A stretch of 57,165 bases of DNA from a virus, in the IMG/VR virus record IMGVR_UViG_3300049023_000036, positions 1 through 57,165 of that record; one strand, given 5' to 3'. Numbering within the stretch: position 1 is the stretch's first letter; every line of letters begins with the position of its first letter. Under the pieces are notes generated by a model. It did not search any database. It was not told the origin of the DNA and saw only the letters and a list, made by a program, of their open reading frames with translations. The translations under genes were made by a program, and so were the position numbers. Shown one piece after another: positions 1 to 9,210 of the stretch.

Positions 1-127
1 ATGCACCGTTGCATAATAATTCATCATCATCAACAAAATATGATGTGTTTATCTTTCCAACGTTTTTATATATTCTCCCAAAATCATTGATCACATAAAA
101 ACCATCCGAATCCTTATACATTAAAAC
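1..127. repeat. Terminal overlap, identical to 57039-57165 (signature of a circular contig)
   Basis: Read directly: atgcaccgttgcataataattc...ccttatacattaaaac occurs at both window ends. It is exactly 127 nt and lies inside an open reading frame. Confidence 0.95.
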
Positions 128-871
128 AGTTTCCCCTTTTCCAATTACAATTTCTTGGAAATAGGAATTGTTCATGTAAATGTATTGGCCCGGCTGACCT
201 TTTATTTTCTGTTGGAAATTATTATTAACTGATGCTTCAATTGGAAATATTTCAAAATCATTGATCGTTGAAAGTTCGGGCAATGTTAATACAACCTTGG
301 ATGATCCGCCGCGAATCTGAATCACCTTTCCCGCATCATTGGCGGCGGTTAATGTTTTGTTTGTCTGAACAACAACTTTCCCTTTGATAAATGATCCGCC
401 ACCGCCACCGCCGGATGAAACAACGGATGATCCACCAACTAATGTATAAAGTTGCAAAACGAATCTTTCACCGGGATACAACACATCATGCGGATCAAGT
501 AATTGAAAACCTCCCGCGCTCAACATTCTATATTCCGGTGCGGATGATCCTGATGGATTCGTTTCAGGTATCATATATTGACCCGATCTGTATAAGTTGT
601 ATGAATGCCCTTCAACCTCCGGGATGTGCGCGATTTGGCCCCCGCTTGCGCTTTCAGGTACTATATAGGTAATTGTTCCACCGTCAATGATCGGTTGCAT
701 CGGCGTTGTTCCACCTGTTTCAAGGTAGGCCCGCAACTTTGAAAGATTCACATGCCGGGTTTTATCATCCACATATGAATGAACAATCATTTTATCATTA
801 TCATCAAGTGGAAATTCCGTATTGATCGGCGGCAATTCGGGAACTCTTACTGTTTGAATATCTTCAGGCAT
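1..871 (-). CDS. Tail fibre protein, N-terminal ~250 codons; the gene wraps the window junction and continues as 56590..57165
   Basis: Minus-strand ATG at 869-871. Hand translation 871->1 (MPEDIQTVRVPELPPINTEF...SSGGGGGGSFIKGKVVV...LMYKDSDGFYVIND) has no stop. It is in frame with ORF 56590..57159 through the overlap (871-121=750), giving about 439 aa in total. Confidence 0.7.
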   Translation of the reverse strand, partial: MPEDIQTVRVPELPPINTEFPLDDNDKMIVHSYVDDKTRHVNLSKLRAYLETGGTTPMQPIIDGGTITYIVPESASGGQIAHIPEVEGHSYNLYRSGQYMIPETNPSGSSAPEYRMLSAGGFQLLDPHDVLYPGERFVLQLYTLVGGSSVVSSGGGGGGSFIKGKVVVQTNKTLTAANDAGKVIQIRGGSSKVVLTLPELSTINDFEIFPIEASVNNNFQQKIKGQPGQYIYMNNSYFQEIVIGKGETVLMYKDSDGFYVINDFGRIYKNVGKINTSYFVDDDELLCNGA

Positions 872-932
872 GGTTCAAATTAATTTTATATCGATTGTAT
901 TAAAATTGTTTTATGTTTAAAAAGGAACCGTT

Positions 933-2501
933 TTATACTTTCCTATATATTTTGCCCGTTGCGTTCTCAATAACCAAATCTGAAAATCCTGTCATTGATG
1001 CCGTTGTTGGCATTCCATCGATCACCAACGTTCCCTGAAGAATTTGAAAATCACCGATTGCGCGATTTTCTTTCAAGGTTGGATTGTTGTTTATTTCGCG
1101 GGAAAGATTATCGATTTCACGCGAATTGGATGATCCCGTTGAAATAATGGTATCGATTTTCCCGGCGGATAACTGATCAGCAACATCAACGGAAATTTCA
1201 TTTTCCTTTACAATGTTTCGGGTTGTTGATGTGATCCGTATTCTTCGATCAAGTTGATAATGATAATCAGTAATCCAAATCAGATTTCCAATTGCAGGAA
1301 CTATTTTCTTTCGCTTCAGATAAATCGGATCAAATGTGATCGCATAATTTATTTGAGGTTCAGAAATCAAATCGATAACCTTTTGCGCTTCAGTTTTCAA
1401 TTTTGATTCTGCTGCATCAATATAAGATTGCGGTAATGCAATATCAACAAGAACATATTTATCACCAATAGCGGGCCGAATCGATTCATCCGGGATAGAT
1501 AAAGTTTTTTCATCCTTGGATGTTAGTATTCGGAATTCCTTGATTGAATTATTGTATGATCTGATGTCGAATGTATATCCCGAAAGTTGACCTGTATTGA
1601 ATGTAATCTTTGCGGTTAAACCTCCCAACAAATAAGCATTCAAATCAAAATCCATATTCAAATCAGAAAAAACAAATGGATCAAGTCCATTGATCCCGGT
1701 AACGGTTCCGGTTCGATTCGGAAAAATATCTTCAAAAATTTTAGTGAATTCAATTACCCCATATTTATCAACATTCTTTTCAAGGAAATCAGTTCCGGTT
1801 GGCAACTTTAAACGGCGTGAAAAATTACGATATGCACCCGGTAAATTCTTTTCAGAACCATACGCATATAAACGCGTAACAACTCCGCCGCCGTTGATAG
1901 GTTGCGGCGTGATTTCTTTCAATCCTAAATCTTGGCCATGCCTGAATGTGTAACCTGTGTCCTTGTAACGTTTTGCCAAGTGAATCATTTTTCCCTCAAT
2001 CCAAAATTCAGTTCCAAATTCAGTTGCAATTCTTCCAAGTGCATTGAAACAATTTTCTGTTTTGAAAGTCATATTCTTATAAATAGAATCTTCCACTTCA
2101 CCCAATATCCACCCGGTTTGTTCGCGCGCAATGTTTTGCATTAATAGGTTCATGAAGTCGCGCGCGGTTCCCATCAATGAAAAATCTGATTCTTTCAATG
2201 TGTTATCATCACCAAGAAACATATATTGAATCCGGGATATTAAATAACCTTCAGAATTGAAGGTTAAGGTATAATTGAATTTATATTTTGAAAGTTTTGT
2301 TGATGTTGGCGCGGCAGTTAAAATATAACGTTCGCCGAATATGAAACAATAATCATTGATTTTGAAATCAATGAAACGCGAATCTGAAAATTGAATTGTT
2401 ACAGAATTTTCACCCATGATAACCTTTTTCTGAACTGAATTATCATCAGGCTTAATTGTTACAAACAATTCATCATCCCTTAAAATATCAACGGTTTGCA
2501 T
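933..2501 (-). CDS. Tail-tip / baseplate hub protein (Tal-like, called by position)
   Basis: 522 aa, second gene after the tape measure, directly upstream of the fibre genes. The call is from gene order in siphovirus tail modules. Confidence 0.5.
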   Translation of the reverse strand: MQTVDILRDDELFVTIKPDDNSVQKKVIMGENSVTIQFSDSRFIDFKINDYCFIFGERYILTAAPTSTKLSKYKFNYTLTFNSEGYLISRIQYMFLGDDNTLKESDFSLMGTARDFMNLLMQNIAREQTGWILGEVEDSIYKNMTFKTENCFNALGRIATEFGTEFWIEGKMIHLAKRYKDTGYTFRHGQDLGLKEITPQPINGGGVVTRLYAYGSEKNLPGAYRNFSRRLKLPTGTDFLEKNVDKYGVIEFTKIFEDIFPNRTGTVTGINGLDPFVFSDLNMDFDLNAYLLGGLTAKITFNTGQLSGYTFDIRSYNNSIKEFRILTSKDEKTLSIPDESIRPAIGDKYVLVDIALPQSYIDAAESKLKTEAQKVIDLISEPQINYAITFDPIYLKRKKIVPAIGNLIWITDYHYQLDRRIRITSTTRNIVKENEISVDVADQLSAGKIDTIISTGSSNSREIDNLSREINNNPTLKENRAIGDFQILQGTLVIDGMPTTASMTGFSDLVIENATGKIYRKV

Positions 2502-2511
2502 TCAAATATTT

Positions 2512-3000
2512 TTATGTGATTATAAATCGGCCCGCATCATCAACGATGTATGTATTTTGACTGTTCAACGATGGATTTGTTTCAGTAAATACAATAGTGA
2601 ATTTACAGGCAACCTTTTCACCGTCTGCAACTTTAACCCGCGTGAATCTTTGAAAGTTATTGCACTCTTTGTAATACGCGTAAAATGAACGATCACCGAA
2701 TTCACCAACTTCAATGCGCCTCAATTCCGGTTGCGCCATGTGTGCAATAAAGGATTCATACACCAACCAAAACTGTTCAGTTGAATCAGCGATGATTGCA
2801 GCATTCAAAACAAGATCACGCGCGTTGAAGAATATCCGGGAAAGGTCAACATCCAATCCATTTGAATCTAACCAATCATGCGTGATGGATTCCTTTTTTG
2901 ATGGATATTTTAAAAAAGAATCTGAACCGCTTTCAACAATCATGTTGTAAACCGTCCACAAATCTTTTCCATCAATTTTATATCTGCCTGTTAATTCCAT
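2512..3000 (-). CDS. Distal tail protein (Dit-like, called by position)
   Basis: 162 aa, immediately after the tape measure stop with a 6-nt gap. Position only. Confidence 0.4.
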   Translation of the reverse strand: MELTGRYKIDGKDLWTVYNMIVESGSDSFLKYPSKKESITHDWLDSNGLDVDLSRIFFNARDLVLNAAIIADSTEQFWLVYESFIAHMAQPELRRIEVGEFGDRSFYAYYKECNNFQRFTRVKVADGEKVACKFTIVFTETNPSLNSQNTYIVDDAGRFIIT

Positions 3001-3006
3001 GATGTT

Positions 3007-6000
3007 TTATTTTACTTTAATTCCATTTAATTGAATGTCCTTCAGAACTGCATTCGATGATTCAATAAATTCAGCTTGCATAGGAATAAAACTTGTATTT
3101 GTTCGGATGTCATTCATCACCGAAAGTTGTTCAGTTGAAAACTTCAAAATCTCAATCGCGGTTAATCTCAACCCGCCGAATTGCCCGGCCAACAAATCCG
3201 CCTGTTGTTCAGTTATTCCCTTTATCGCGCCCGTTAATCCTTTGCCTTGCGTTGAATTCGGATTATTGAAATCAATGTTTGTAATTTTCTGTAATTCTTC
3301 AAATGATTTTCCCGCATTGCCAATGATCAAATCAAATCGATTTTTCAATTGCAGGATTTCATTGTCAGTTAATACGGAATCCGATTGTGCATCCGCCGCA
3401 AATGCTTCATAAAATTCTTTCAATGGTTGTTCAAGTACCTGATATTTCAACGCGTTCAATACTGCGTTCTGCATAAGCTGTTCAAATGTATCGGCGAAAT
3501 CTTGCGCTGATCTCAATCCGTTTTTGAAACCATCAACAATGGAATCAAGAATTGCATCTGAAGATGTACCTGTAAATACTTGCCTTAATGATTCTGCATT
3601 CTGTTGCAACAGCGCATCAATGTCGGCCCCTTCCTGTTTGATTTTTTTAAGCTGTTCAAATAGTTCCAATGCTTTCGGCGTTAACCTACCTTGCAAATAA
3701 AGTTTTTCAATATCATCAAATGTTTTTCCCATCAATGATGCGTATTGATCAACAACTTCTGTTCTTGATGTTCCAAGTGATCCCAATGCGCCGCCCAATA
3801 ATGCCGCCGTCCAATTCTTTTTTTCCTTGGTTCCTTGACCGGAAATAAAATTTTCCTTTTGCAACTGCGTGAAAATATCGCTGAATGTTTTCTGCGTTGT
3901 TTTTGCTTGCTGTTCCAAAAGTTTTTGTTCAGCAAGTAGGCCGTCAATTTTTAATTTATTCAACTTCACCTGATCGCGCTCCCGTTGTGCAAGGATGGCG
4001 TTCATTTCCATTTCACCCAACATGATCCGGGTTTGAAAATCCAAAACCGCTTGTTGTGCAACCTTTTCAGATTGGCGTTTTGCTGCAATGTTGTTGAATA
4101 TATCACCGATGGCGGAAATCGTTCCTGATATCCCCTGTTCAATGTTCCCGGTTGCAAATCCTGATGCCGCGTTCAATGCTGATGATGCAAGTTTTCCGGC
4201 GTTGGCTGCTGATTCGATAATGGAACCAAGATCGCTGTTCACCTGTTTTGCTGCATCGCTTATAGAACCTAATGCCGATGCAATGTTTCCAATCTTGCTT
4301 CCAATCTCACCAAGTTTCACGCCTGTTTCATATGCTTCAGTATTTGTTTTGATCAACTGTTTCAATTGATCAATATATGATTTCAATGCTTGTCGAACTT
4401 CAGGCGTTAATGTATTGTCATTACGCAACGCATCCTCCATTTCTTTCAAACGATCTTTCAATTGTTCGCGCGTGAATCGAACAACATCCTGATTCATTTT
4501 TTTATAAATCTTGGTTTGGCGCGCTGCATTGTTTTCAACATCTTCGATCTCTTGCGCATGTACTTCTTTCAGGATTGCCAACCTGTTTTGCAAATCAGCC
4601 CCTTTATAATTTTTAGTAAGTGCATCAATTTCTTTTTGATGTCTTACTTCCAATTCACGCCGTTGATCATTAAATGTTGCTGATGCTGCAAGGGCTTCGC
4701 TAAAAGTTTTTAACGTTAATTCGGTTTCGCGTTTTTTTGATTTCGCAACTTCATCAATGTATTGTTTATTGAATTCTTGCAACTTAGTCATGTCGCCAAT
4801 ATTCAAAGGCGATGTGAATGACTTCGCGACAATCTTCATCGTTTCACCGCGTAACATTTCGATGTATGAAGAATATTCACCCAATTGATCCTTGTAAATT
4901 TCTTTTGATGCTAAAATCAATTGCGTGTTACCTGATTCTTGCGCCTGAAGAAAAACATCAAATGCAATTTGTTTATCCTTTAATGATTCGATATATACCC
5001 GCGCTTCCTCCCGGTATTGCGCATTGATCAATTCTGTTTCCCTTGCCGCCTGAAGTCTCGCCGTTTCACCGCCACCAAGTAATTCTTGTTTTCTTGTCGG
5101 ATTCTTTTTATTATACTTTTCAATTTCTGCATTCACTTTTTGCAATGCAAGAACCTGTTCATCATACTTTTGATTTATACGATCAATTTCAGAATCTTGT
5201 TTCAACATTCCTGATTGCTTCGCATCGCGTTCAAGGGCTGCAATCTGTTCTAAAATTCCGGTTCTTTTTTCAAGAATGGAATTCAATTCGTTTTCAACTT
5301 TATTGGCTGATGATCTTGTTTTTTCTGTTTTCCCGGTGATGGCTTCACGTTCCTTTTCAAGTTTGGTAATTTCATTTTGAAAACCAATCCATTCTTTTGA
5401 ATTGACAGAATTTTGCAACTGCAATTTTTTCTTTTCTGCAATTTCTTTGTCGATCACTTCAACGGTTCTTTTCACCGCGCCCGTTTGATCGTTGGTTGTT
5501 TTTACTAACCCGGCGGATGCGTTCGCAAGTTTTTCGGTTTCCTTTGTTTGGCGATCCTTTGCCTTTTCCAACCGGGCAAGTTCGCGTTCCTGTTCTGCTA
5601 ATGAAGATTGCCGATCCTGCGTATTACTTCCAACACCTGTTGATGATCCGCCGATAACAATTTTTACTTTTTTGGATTCGGCAACTTCTTTTTTCTTCAG
5701 TTCAACAATCTGTTTCTGTTTTTCAATTCTTGATTCAAGATCAAGTTCAATCGCCAATGATTCCTGAATAGCTTTTGAATTGCTTTCAAGTTTCATTTGA
5801 TTCTTCAGTTCATTCAGATAATTGCGAACGTTTTTAGTTAGTGCATCATATGACAATGTCTTTGCATTGATACCATCAACAATGGACGGATTGATTGCTT
5901 TCAGTTTTTCATAAATATTCAGGCGATCATTTTCAGTTAGATTGCCCTGTTTCAATGCCGCCAAATATGGAACAATCTTCGCCTGTTGTTCTGCATATGT

Positions 6001-7488
6001 TGATGAAACTTCTTTTGTTGCCTCGGCCAATAATTCCTGTGATGTTTTTACTTCATCGGAACGTTTCCTAAATAGCAAATAAGCCCCAACAAGGGCCGTT
6101 ATCCCAACAACCAACGCTGTTGCCGGGTTTGCCATCATTGCCGCCGTAAGTGAACGCGTTGCAACCGCCGCGCCTGTTGTGGCTGATGTTTGCGCCGTTG
6201 TTGCAACAGTTTGCGCCGCCGTTGCTGCTGCATCCCTTTTGCGCATGATCGATGTCAAATAAATATTCAACGCCGATTCTTTTTCCAATACCCTTGATAG
6301 TTCCTGAACACCATTCAGAACCGCCAATGCAGCCATTGTTTTTTGAATGGCCTTTTCTGCTTCCTCATTCGATACACCAAATAAAGAAACTGCACCTGTT
6401 GCGGCGGCGAATCCACCAACCAAACCGCGAACACCATCAACCAACGCATCGATGCCGGATGAATCTGATGCAGCCAATTGAATGCCTCGGTTAACTTCCT
6501 CAAATGATTCTTTCAATTCAACCGCGCGCTTTTGCCATTCATCAAACATTGGTGAATTAGGGTTTGATGCCATCTGATCAATCAACTTCCTTAATTCAGT
6601 ACGGGCCGTTACTGTTTTTAATGCGAAATCCTGCAATTGGCCCGGCTTCAATCCTTTGATTTCATTTTTTAATGCTGAAATCTTATCGTTCAATTCTGTT
6701 CCTATTGATGCCTCGCGTTCCGCAACTGATAACTGTTCATATTGAATTTCCAATTGCTTCAGCGATAACTTTTTTTCTTCAATTGAACCGATTGATGCGC
6801 GAACCATTGCATCATATTCTTTCTGTCTCTGATTGATGTTATCCATCGAATCGGAAATCTGCTTTTCCTGTGCAGCTAATGCGCCGGATGCCTTGGCATA
6901 ATCTTCATCAGTTATGTTTCCTTTTTTCTTTGCATCATCAAGTTCAGTTTGGGCGGCTGCAACTTTCTGCATTTGCATTTCCAATTCAATCAATTCCTGA
7001 ATATATTCTTGCGTTGCCTGATCAAGTTCAGCATAAACATCTTTTGCAGATTCAATAATTGACATTGTTTCTTTGTCAATTCCGAAAGTTCTTTTCTGTT
7101 CTTCTTTTATTGGAAGTGCATTTTTTTGAATAACAGATTTCCCCAACTGATCCTGATATTCTTGCAACTGAATCATTTGTTCGTCCATTGATGCCGACCA
7201 ATTCATGTTCAGCTTTTCCCGGTTTTCATAAACCTGATTATCAATCTTGGTGATGGTTTGCGCAACTTCAGTTTGAATTCTTACCTGATCATCATTTATT
7301 TTCTTTGTTGTTGCCTGAACCTTTTGTTGAAGATCAGCAATCGGCGCGGCGATCACATCCGAATTAATTGCACCAACGCCCAACGTTGAAAGTATTTTCT
7401 GAATCGCTTTTGCATCCTCTGTTATTTGAGAATAATCGATTGATGCGCTCCATGCCAAACCGTTTGTTGCTGTTACTTCTGCGGGCAT
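3007..7488 (-). CDS. Tail tape measure protein
   Basis: 1493 aa, between the chaperone pair and the Dit/Tal-like genes. Long K/E/Q-rich heptad-like stretches and central hydrophobic segments (GGFAAATGAVSLFGV, NPATALVVGITALVGAYLLF). Confidence 0.9.
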   Translation of the reverse strand: MPAEVTATNGLAWSASIDYSQITEDAKAIQKILSTLGVGAINSDVIAAPIADLQQKVQATTKKINDDQVRIQTEVAQTITKIDNQVYENREKLNMNWSASMDEQMIQLQEYQDQLGKSVIQKNALPIKEEQKRTFGIDKETMSIIESAKDVYAELDQATQEYIQELIELEMQMQKVAAAQTELDDAKKKGNITDEDYAKASGALAAQEKQISDSMDNINQRQKEYDAMVRASIGSIEEKKLSLKQLEIQYEQLSVAEREASIGTELNDKISALKNEIKGLKPGQLQDFALKTVTARTELRKLIDQMASNPNSPMFDEWQKRAVELKESFEEVNRGIQLAASDSSGIDALVDGVRGLVGGFAAATGAVSLFGVSNEEAEKAIQKTMAALAVLNGVQELSRVLEKESALNIYLTSIMRKRDAAATAAQTVATTAQTSATTGAAVATRSLTAAMMANPATALVVGITALVGAYLLFRKRSDEVKTSQELLAEATKEVSSTYAEQQAKIVPYLAALKQGNLTENDRLNIYEKLKAINPSIVDGINAKTLSYDALTKNVRNYLNELKNQMKLESNSKAIQESLAIELDLESRIEKQKQIVELKKKEVAESKKVKIVIGGSSTGVGSNTQDRQSSLAEQERELARLEKAKDRQTKETEKLANASAGLVKTTNDQTGAVKRTVEVIDKEIAEKKKLQLQNSVNSKEWIGFQNEITKLEKEREAITGKTEKTRSSANKVENELNSILEKRTGILEQIAALERDAKQSGMLKQDSEIDRINQKYDEQVLALQKVNAEIEKYNKKNPTRKQELLGGGETARLQAARETELINAQYREEARVYIESLKDKQIAFDVFLQAQESGNTQLILASKEIYKDQLGEYSSYIEMLRGETMKIVAKSFTSPLNIGDMTKLQEFNKQYIDEVAKSKKRETELTLKTFSEALAASATFNDQRRELEVRHQKEIDALTKNYKGADLQNRLAILKEVHAQEIEDVENNAARQTKIYKKMNQDVVRFTREQLKDRLKEMEDALRNDNTLTPEVRQALKSYIDQLKQLIKTNTEAYETGVKLGEIGSKIGNIASALGSISDAAKQVNSDLGSIIESAANAGKLASSALNAASGFATGNIEQGISGTISAIGDIFNNIAAKRQSEKVAQQAVLDFQTRIMLGEMEMNAILAQRERDQVKLNKLKIDGLLAEQKLLEQQAKTTQKTFSDIFTQLQKENFISGQGTKEKKNWTAALLGGALGSLGTSRTEVVDQYASLMGKTFDDIEKLYLQGRLTPKALELFEQLKKIKQEGADIDALLQQNAESLRQVFTGTSSDAILDSIVDGFKNGLRSAQDFADTFEQLMQNAVLNALKYQVLEQPLKEFYEAFAADAQSDSVLTDNEILQLKNRFDLIIGNAGKSFEELQKITNIDFNNPNSTQGKGLTGAIKGITEQQADLLAGQFGGLRLTAIEILKFSTEQLSVMNDIRTNTSFIPMQAEFIESSNAVLKDIQLNGIKVK

Positions 7489-7498
7489 AAAAAAGAAT

Positions 7499-7699
7499 TT
7501 ATTTTATGTTTAAAAATGATGCTAATTCAACCGCGCTTTCAACCTCCGTTCCATCTTCTTCAGTTTTGATTCCATCTTTCTTTTCGCCGGGTTTTTTATT
7601 CGTTTTGAACTTCGGAATTGTTGCTGTAAACATCATCAGGTTTATGAACGAGATTTCCCAAAGGATTTGTTCAGTTGTAAACCTGAAATATTTAATCAT
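7499..7699 (-). CDS. Tail assembly chaperone, T-like -1 frame extension
   Basis: 66-aa ORF overlapping the stop of 7696..8184 (ATGA). It is in the -1 frame relative to that ORF and sits directly upstream of the tape measure. Confidence 0.5.
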   Translation of the reverse strand: MIKYFRFTTEQILWEISFINLMMFTATIPKFKTNKKPGEKKDGIKTEEDGTEVESAVELASFLNIK

Positions 7700-8184
7700 G
7701 CCTCCGATTGTTCCCCAAAGGCTATTGAACTCCTTTGTGTCGTTGGATTCATCTTCATCAAATTCGTTTGCCTGATGTAGATTATAGAACTGATAAAATT
7801 TCCGGTATCCATCTGTTTTAATATTACTTGAAAGATCGCAAGTAATTGTTCAGGCGTTATATTATTTTCAATAAGATCAATCAGTTTTTCGGATGGATCA
7901 TCTTTTGAATTCAAAAATGCTAATGCAACGATTTTGGAAATATCCCTTCCAACCTTGGAAAGAATAATAAGGGATAATTCATGAACAGATTCCGATTTGA
8001 AAAAATTTTCATCGATGGTTAAAATGATCTTTGAAATTTTGATCAACGTTCCAAGGAATAAAGGTTTGATTTCAAAATTGTGTTCCTTGGTGATTGTTTT
8101 CCGGGTGAACCAATGTTTTTTGTTTTCAGTAATCTTCACCCTCATTGGAGTTTGAAGAATTTGATCTGCTGATTCTTGTAACAT
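7696..8184 (-). CDS. Tail assembly chaperone (G-like)
   Basis: 162 aa, between the major tail protein gene and the tape measure, which is the canonical position. Confidence 0.6.
   Translation of the reverse strand: MLQESADQILQTPMRVKITENKKHWFTRKTITKEHNFEIKPLFLGTLIKISKIILTIDENFFKSESVHELSLIILSKVGRDISKIVALAFLNSKDDPSEKLIDLIENNITPEQLLAIFQVILKQMDTGNFISSIIYIRQTNLMKMNPTTQRSSIAFGEQSEA
7795..7801 (-). promoter_or_regulatory. Candidate -1 programmed frameshift heptamer A_AAT_TTT
   Basis: The minus strand reads GGA AAT TTT ATC in the zero frame of 7696..8184, so the heptamer is in correct X_XXY_YYZ phase. The -1 frame is open from about 7850 through to the 66-aa ORF. Confidence 0.5.
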
Positions 8185-8198
8185 GTTTTTGATTTTGT

Positions 8199-8231
8199 TT
8201 AAAAAAGAATGGCCCTAAAAGTAGGGCCATT
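8199..8231 (-). terminator. Intrinsic terminator after the major tail protein gene
   Basis: Minus strand AATGGCCC-tactttta-GGGCCATT, followed by C and TTTTTT. Confidence 0.7.
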
Positions 8232-8265
8232 TCCTCTAAAATTACTAACCCATAAAAATCATTCA

Positions 8266-8784
8266 TTATACAGTATCCTGAACGATCATTCGCGGCACTC
8301 CAGCTTTTGTAGGTTGTAATACAGTTGCGGAAATATCGATCTGTGATAATGAATCACGTTTGAATGCCATGTTCAAAGATGCGGTGATCTTTGCGCGCGG
8401 GATGGTAACGGTTCCGCCCTGCTTCCATGTGATTTTAATAGTTTTTTCAATTTCAGGAATCGAATCCGGCGCGTTCCAAGTATCACCAACACCTGATGCA
8501 GCAGGAACAACGGTTCCGCCAAACATTTTTTGTAATGTCGCCGCATCATATGCGAATGTTGACCATACAAGATTCATGGTATCCGCTTCAGTCTTAATAG
8601 ACAGAACAGGCGAATCAGATTCTTCGATTTTGAAATCCGTCTTTTGCGCCTCCTCTGTTGTTAAAGCTGCGGTTCCCGCAACAGTATCACCAACGGCGGT
8701 GAATACGGTTCCCGGCCCGCCATCCCCTGCAATGTCTGCAATGGCGATACTTACTAAGCCTAATTTATACTTTGATGATGCCAT
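8266..8784 (-). CDS. Major tail (tube) protein
   Basis: 172 aa, directly upstream of the chaperone pair and followed by a terminator, as expected for a highly expressed gene. Position-based. Confidence 0.65.
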   Translation of the reverse strand: MASSKYKLGLVSIAIADIAGDGGPGTVFTAVGDTVAGTAALTTEEAQKTDFKIEESDSPVLSIKTEADTMNLVWSTFAYDAATLQKMFGGTVVPAASGVGDTWNAPDSIPEIEKTIKITWKQGGTVTIPRAKITASLNMAFKRDSLSQIDISATVLQPTKAGVPRMIVQDTV

Positions 8785-8796
8785 TTTATTTAAGAT

Positions 8797-9210
8797 TTAA
8801 AGATTGACTGAATGAACAATCAAACGAATGTTTGATGTTGTTTCTTTTAGTTCATCATCTTCAGAATCGGTATGTGATTGTATATCACAACTAAATTCTT
8901 CATCATGATGATCTTTAATTATTTGAATGATTCTGTTTGTTACGGTTTCCAAAAGTTCGGAATTCGGCAATGTGGATGTTGGTTGATCAGTAACATTCAA
9001 TGAAAGATTCGGGCAATGAAAGTTGATGTTGGCAACGCCTGTTTGTAACTGATCGTTATCAATGGCGATGGAATTCACAACAATATCCTGTTTGTTCGAT
9101 CCGTCCGGGCGTTTGTGTTTATATATACCCCCGTTGATCATTGATTTTAGAGTTGCATCAGCAAACAATAATTTCCAAACCAAAGTAACAATTGTGAATC
9201 CTGTTTTCAT
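8797..9210 (-). CDS. Neck / tail-terminator-like protein (called by position)
   Basis: 137 aa, last neck-module gene before the tail tube gene. 4-nt overlap with the upstream gene. Confidence 0.35.
   Translation of the reverse strand: MKTGFTIVTLVWKLLFADATLKSMINGGIYKHKRPDGSNKQDIVVNSIAIDNDQLQTGVANINFHCPNLSLNVTDQPTSTLPNSELLETVTNRIIQIIKDHHDEEFSCDIQSHTDSEDDELKETTSNIRLIVHSVNL

Noticed and set aside
1-127. Interpreting the 127-bp terminal repeat as a physical direct terminal repeat (DTR) of the virion DNA
   Set aside because: It sits in the middle of a continuous fibre reading frame and its length equals a standard maximum assembler k-mer. It is most simply explained as a circular-assembly overlap.
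3035-7058. Numerous plus-strand ORFs (3035..3412, 4088..4369, 4462..4683, 5043..5339, 5492..5767, 6252..6494, 6870..7058) and minus-strand alternative-frame ORFs (3732..3947, 6315..6503) inside the tape measure gene
   Set aside because: They lie antisense to, or out of frame within, a 1493-aa gene of clear function. Their translations are low-complexity (S/F/L/P-rich) and show no start context. They are expected by-products of a long biased-composition ORF.
7713-7719. TTTGGGG near the end of the G-like chaperone ORF as the frameshift site
   Set aside because: It is in the wrong phase: the zero frame reads GCC TTT GGG GAA, not X_XXY_YYZ. The A_AAT_TTT heptamer at 7795-7801 is correctly phased.
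8360-8800. 146-aa plus-strand ORF covering the whole major tail protein gene, and similar antisense ORFs elsewhere (1690..2144, 9809..10076, 13275..13709, 42401..42733, 48135..48504, 52602..52950, 54135..54407, 55881..56162)
   Set aside because: These are mirror images of well-supported minus-strand genes. For example, the shared VISPPP peptide in 54135.. and 55881.. is simply the reverse-frame reading of the duplicated GGGDIT motif of the spike.
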